64,000 nucleotides of DNA from Ramazzottius varieornatus (taxonomy: Eukaryota > Animalia > Tardigrada): assembly GCA_001949185.1 (NCBI GenBank), contig BDGG01000008.1, positions 248,001 through 312,000 on the forward strand. The letters are read 5' to 3'. The notes beneath the pieces were generated by a model. That model had not been told where the DNA came from. It saw only the letters and a list, made by a program, of their open reading frames with translations, and did not search any database. The position numbers and the translations under genes are program-made. Below, piece by piece: positions 58,956-64,000 of this stretch (the first letter of the stretch is position 1; the number at the start of each line of letters is the position of its first letter).

Positions 58956-61041
58956 ATGTTCATAACGCAGTACTGTCGAGCTATATTGAAGATGTCTACC
59001 TTACCAATTGTGGTGGTTCTCGGCGCTACCGGAACAGGAAAATCCAAACTTTCCATCGCTCTTGCGAAGCGCTTTGAAGGAGAAGTCATCAACGCTGATT
59101 CCATGCAGGTGAGGGAGCATATATAACTGATGTTGAACTTGGACAAACAAGTGGATCGGTTTGCGGTATAACTGTTATTACAGCGCATATATGACTGATG
59201 ATGTGAGTTTCCAGATCACATATACTGTAACTTGCGGTTGTTTCTTCATACGTAGGTTTACCGTGGTCTGGACATAGTCACGAACAAAATCACGGATGCA
59301 GAAAGAGCGGAATGTCCTCATCATTTACTGGGATTCTTGGACCCATTAAGAATGTTTCACGTCTTCGATTTCCAAGAACAATGTTTGTCAATTGTAAGTT
59401 AACAGTCGGTCAGTATGGGTTCGTCTTTCCATAGAGCCGGAAGTGCTATGCCGTATGGCGATGCAAAAGAGCTTTATTGTTTCAGGTGGAGCGATTAGCT
59501 GAGCAGAAAAAGCTTCCCGTCATAGTTGGAGGAACGCATTACTACATCGAGAGTGTAATATGGAATGTTCTTCTGGCGAATAACCGGGAGGTAGGGAGGG
59601 CGTACGACGGTACGACAAAGCCAAAAACCTACCGAATTGACCGATTTGTTTGGGTCTTAGGACAGCGAACAAGAAAAAGTCGAAACGTCGTCAGGTTCTG
59701 ATGATCTTATTGGAGAATTCCCTCGCGAACACCTTCTGGATCCTCTCACCCATCTCACTTACGTTCCAACCCTGGAACTCCACGGTCTGTTGAAGTCCGT
59801 AGACCCGGAGACCGCCGATACTCTACACCCTAACGAAAGGAGGAAAATTTTAAGGTACCCAACTCTTAAGTTGAACAGGAAGCACTAGGCGTATGTTCCG
59901 GGCTAATTGGTTAGCTTTGTTCAGAACAGAAGCCTTCAAGTCTTTGCCTCTCACAAGAAACGACATTCGGAGCTGATAGCTGCCCAGAAGGCCGAAGCTG
60001 GTGGAAGCTCTTTGGGAGGTCCACTACGATTCCCAAACGCGGTCTTGCTCTGGCTTCAGTGCGATGAAGACGGTAAGTGTCGGCGAGAAATGTCTGACTT
60101 GATTCCTGTCCTGGAGCTACATGGAGGCTTGCTCCTTTTCAGTCCTGGACGAGAGAATCAACAACCGAGTAGACCAGATGGTCGAGGCAGGCTTAGTTGA
60201 TGAGTGCCGGAACTTCCACAAGTCCGTTGCGAGCCACAAGAGGTTGGTACACTGCACAGTAGTTCAATGCAGGTTGTTCTTGGTAACGGATCTTGAGTTG
60301 TCCGGCTGTCGTAGTACTAATGTCTCGTTCTTTGATCGTAGCGAACTCGATTACACCAAAGGTATCTTCCAGTCCATCGGTCTGAAGGAACTACATGACT
60401 TTTTGATGCTTTCTCCGGAAGACCAGGAAAGCGAACAAGGCCAGAAGTATTTGGAAGAAGGTCTACAAAACGTGAAAGCGCGAACGCGGAAGTATGCCAA
60501 GAAGCAAATACAGTGGATACGGAATCGTCTTCTCAAGCGTAAGTTAGACGCGCAGTAAGCAGAACTTTTGAAAGGAAAAATAGTGATAATGTTTCATTGT
60601 AGGATCTGACCGGCAGCTTCCTCATGTGTTTGGTCTGGACGCTACCGACCTCTCCCGATGGCCGGAAGTAGAAAGCAAGGCATTCGAGATAGTCGACACT
60701 ATACTCTCCGCCAAGAAACCTTCCGTGGAACCGCTCCCTCAAGAGTTCCGGGCAGAGGATGTCCGAAGTACAAACGTTTGCAAAGTCTGTGAACGAGTGT
60801 TTGTCAGCGGTAACCAATGGAAAGGTACGTACCTCGTAGGAGTTTGTGCGAAAGCCGCATTCCCATTGCGTCTCACGAGTGAACTTGTCCAGGCATTTTT
60901 GTAACCATGACCGTTTTCACAGAGCACCTTTCGTCGAGGTTTCACAAGAAACGGATGAACAAGCAGCGGAAAAAACTGCATGCACTGGAAGTGCGGCGTG
61001 AACGACCAACGGCCCTTCAGACTGTTCCGGAACCATCGTAA
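58956..61041 (+). CDS. TRIT1: tRNA dimethylallyltransferase
   Basis: [12 protein letters not shown]-loop, [62 protein letters not shown]-terminal C..C...W.EHL.S..H zinc finger. Confidence 0.95.
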
Positions 61042-61522
61042 TGAATACTACTGCATGAGCTGTTGAGTTTCTGTTTTGTATTTCCGTAGTTTTAGGTCGT
61101 GTCTTCGGTCGCTTCTTCGAACGGGATAATCTGCGCTATTTTATAACTAGAGTTTGGAAAAAGTTTCAACACGAGTTGATTGTCAGTCAACACAAGTGAC
61201 GTTTTCACACGCTACGGAAGGCTGCGTATTTTGCCTAGAGCGTTTTCATCGTTTCGCGAGCCACGTGGTTATCGTGAAAATCTTCGCGATAACACGTGGG
61301 ACGCTCAAGTCGTACAGGCTGCGTAGCTCTCGCTGTCTCGCACAGTATGAGTCAGAAGGCGCAGGAATTTTGCCGGGGATATCGGGTAAACTGGAATTAA
61401 TTTTTCCAGACTCTATGTATATAACTCAGTTTGTCGATAATCAAGTTGCCAATTAACCGAAATGGTGGACTTATAAAAAGACGACCAGATGATCAGAAAG
61501 AAGATCAAACTATAAGCCTAAA

Positions 61523-62473
61523 CTACCTATCCACATGATCAGAGACTACTGCGTCGTCTTTCAAAAGTGCAAGAATTTCGTCGAGGTAACCCACCTCTTC
61601 CTGGTATTCTTCCGCGCATTCAATCTCCCTGCGTCTCGATCTCAAAAAGGCAACCAAAGCGTGCTGGTTTTCTGCTTCCCGTACCAAATCAGGGTTTCCT
61701 CTCAGCAGGGTCGCCAAAGCTTCCATTAGATGTTCATGGTATTGTCCATGCTCCGTACGACGTAGAAGTGCGATCAAGTGCTGTGTCACACCCATATCGC
61801 CCAACTGTTTCCGGAACGCTTCGTTATCCCCACATATTCTGCTCAACAGGAAGGCTGCTTTCGTCTGGAACCTCGAGTCTTTGGTATCCATCATCGAACG
61901 AAGAAGGACAGAGAAGCCATCCATTTCACTGAACGCTTGCTGACCAACTTCGTTCGAACGGAGGAAAGAAGACAGCGCGGACAAGGCTTTCACCCGAACA
62001 GAGACATCGCTGTCCTTATCCATCGTATTGAGAACTGCTTCAATGAGTCCAAAATCTGAAACGGCCTTCTGGCAACAGGGGTTGTTCTGCATGATTTGCG
62101 CTAGTACTTCGCAGGATAACGAGCGAAATTCTGGTCGTGAATCTGTCAGGTACTTCTTGACTGAATGCAGGCCTCCAATCTTGCAAAAGTCGTTTGCGTA
62201 GTCGATGTTCTCAGTGTAGAGGAGGAGACCGTCGAACGCTGCTTGCTGGTTTTCTTCCGTACAGTCCTCGTCGGTCAGTATTTGAAGACAAGCTTTCATT
62301 TCTTGTACAGGATCGACAGACTGGAATGTGGATGCTAGGGCTTGTTGGAGCCATGCTCGGCGCTCCGGATCCATAGTCGACTGACTCGACTCCGCATGAC
62401 TATTCGGATTTTGTGCTGTGATGGCGAGGTTCAGAAGGTCCCTCGGATTCTGCTGTCCGCGTCGCGACTCCAT
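61523..62473 (-). CDS. HSPBP1: Hsp70-binding protein 1 (Fes1-type nucleotide exchange factor)
   Basis: Single-exon 316-aa ORF: MDPERRAWLQQAL, ENIDYANDFCKIGG, QNNPCCQ, VRVKALSALS, DGFSVLLR ARM repeats. Confidence 0.93.
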   Translation of the reverse strand: MESRRGQQNPRDLLNLAITAQNPNSHAESSQSTMDPERRAWLQQALASTFQSVDPVQEMKACLQILTDEDCTEENQQAAFDGLLLYTENIDYANDFCKIGGLHSVKKYLTDSRPEFRSLSCEVLAQIMQNNPCCQKAVSDFGLIEAVLNTMDKDSDVSVRVKALSALSSFLRSNEVGQQAFSEMDGFSVLLRSMMDTKDSRFQTKAAFLLSRICGDNEAFRKQLGDMGVTQHLIALLRRTEHGQYHEHLMEALATLLRGNPDLVREAENQHALVAFLRSRRREIECAEEYQEEVGYLDEILALLKDDAVVSDHVDR

Positions 62474-64000
62474 AGTTTCCCCAGTGAAAGTCCGAAATGG
62501 TCCTGTACTGCAAATAGATCACCAGGTCAAGGGAAGATAGTCCCTTCTCAAACAGCCATTAACTTACCTGGATCACCGTCTCCCCACCGTGCAGTACTTC
62601 TGTTGATCAGTTCTCGGTATCCAGTGTGTACCCGCAGATCCAGCGAAGATGTAAACGGGAGAATCTCCGATAAACAAGAACGCAACAGTGTACTGTACGA
62701 GTAGCTTAAACGCGGGCGATCCAACCGGAAGTACTCTAGAATCTAGATTCTGATTTCTGGAAAGATCAAGAATCAAGACGATTTGGCCGGGTTTGCATCC
62801 CGATTGCACCAACTGGTAGTCTGGTGGTACCCGGCTAAAGCCCTTCAGTTAACAAAATAACCCTCAGTCCAGTCATCCGTTGCACTCGGCACAGACTTCA
62901 CAAGTTAGCTTAACAAGTTTGTGCCATTAACCCGTAGGAGAACTTTCACGTGGTGCCGCCTACAAAGCTCTGTTCTAATTTTCTGGTTCGCATTGGCAAG
63001 TGGATCTGTCATCTGTTCTTCGCGGATTTCGTAGAGAATTTGAACTCTGTCTTTGTCTCGATATACATCTTCAGGATTAGTGTGATATTTTGACAATGAT
63101 CGACTCCGTAGATGCCAGCTTTTCTCATGAGTGGTGTCGGTACGGTTTTGATATACTTGACGTTTTATTCACGATTCAGACGCGATCGAGGCGTCTAGAA
63201 CCTCGCACCCGCGAACGAGACTTGTTTCCCCCTCGTTACCGCTTATATCACGAACAATTTCCATCTCACAAACCATTTTTTCCAGGAACGCACAAGTTCA
63301 GGACAATGAAATTTGACAATTAAATTAGCTACATTTGATACTCGCGCGCATTTTAAGGCTACCGATCAATTGCCATCGCCTGAGTGAAGTTTCTTGCAAG
63401 AAGTGCATGTCTTTCCAGTGGACGAGGTCGAACCGCGTTGGCCGACCTGTGAGGAACCTGTGCATCCATCTCTTGATCGTGGGGAGCTCGAGCTCCAGAT
63501 ACGGAAGAGGCCTTAGCTTCCATTTCGTCTCGCTGCAGAACTTCTTTGCAAATAACGATGAATGATATAAGCAGTGTGAAGGTCTGTGAAGCATAGAAGA
63601 TATATGCTTCCAATAACGCACTCGAGATTATACGGTAATTGGCGGATATCAATAGCCCGTGTTTGCCTGAACATCGATCTTTCTGCGTTGAGACTACTGG
63701 ATTTCCCTGTTCTCTTCGGCGTTTCGACGTGGCGAACTTGACATCGGACTGCTTACCGTGAATATGAAGTGCCGAGTGAAGTGAAGTATCTCTGCTCCGC
63801 TAAACATAATCAGCTGGTCCTTACTAACCTGGATGAATGTTTGTAAAATCGAGTGGAAAGCGCGACCCTATAACAAGTCATACCGTGAACGTTAGGCATA
63901 AAATATTCAGGAGCAACAGTCCCGTGCTTATGAAACCAAACCTGGGAACTGTTTAGCGATCCTATGACTTCTGCTTTCTCGATTAGCTGGTGAAGGCTTC

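Noticed and set aside
533-59444. Frequent CCGGAAGT (ETS-like) words
   Set aside because: They occur in exons, introns and intergenic DNA alike; enrichment cannot be shown without a background count.
61523-62473. HSPBP1 as a retrocopy because its CDS is intronless
   Set aside because: A plausible 5'UTR intron (donor near 62567, acceptor near 62509) is present, and there is no poly(A) tract or target-site duplication.
1430-62704. Many antisense or overlapping ORFs in the track (e.g. 1430..1903, 2446..2886, 50255..50632)
   Set aside because: They are shadows of real exons on the opposite strand or in another frame.
62900-63660. Short minus-strand ORFs near the window end
   Set aside because: No recognisable domain or consistent splice model; possibly a decayed gene or transposon, but unsupported.

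Overview
Gene-dense eukaryotic DNA with very short (mostly 55-90 nt) GT-AG introns. A CAHS-family gene identifies it as a eutardigrade, probably Ramazzottius-like (inference). From left to right: an assembly gap flanked by an inverted repeat; a 6-exon CAHS3-type desiccation protein; an unannotated 3-exon 134-aa gene made of the CAHS N-terminal module without the CAHS coiled-coil; tRNA-Gly(TCC); a secreted EndoU; a decayed, highly charged gene carrying a third copy of the CAHS N-terminal module; LMBRD1; Dicer-1; UBE2Z; an FBXW9-like gene; a GH16 glucanase with its pseudogene; NPC1; UBA6; KANSL2; an orphan zinc-finger gene; ARFGEF1/2; MSMO1; TRIT1; HSPBP1. The most novel signals are: (1) the free-standing CAHS N-terminal module family; (2) two families of intronic bipartite inverted motifs with near-fixed spacers, CCTGCATAC-N29-32-GTATGCAGG (5 copies) and CCAAGTGGCGCAC-N25-GTGCGCCACTTGG (7 copies); (3) long hairpins in two consecutive Dicer introns; (4) linkage of the cognate UBA6/UBE2Z pair. 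CDS coordinates span whole multi-exon genes and were assembled by eye. Family assignments rest on recalled motifs, not database searches.
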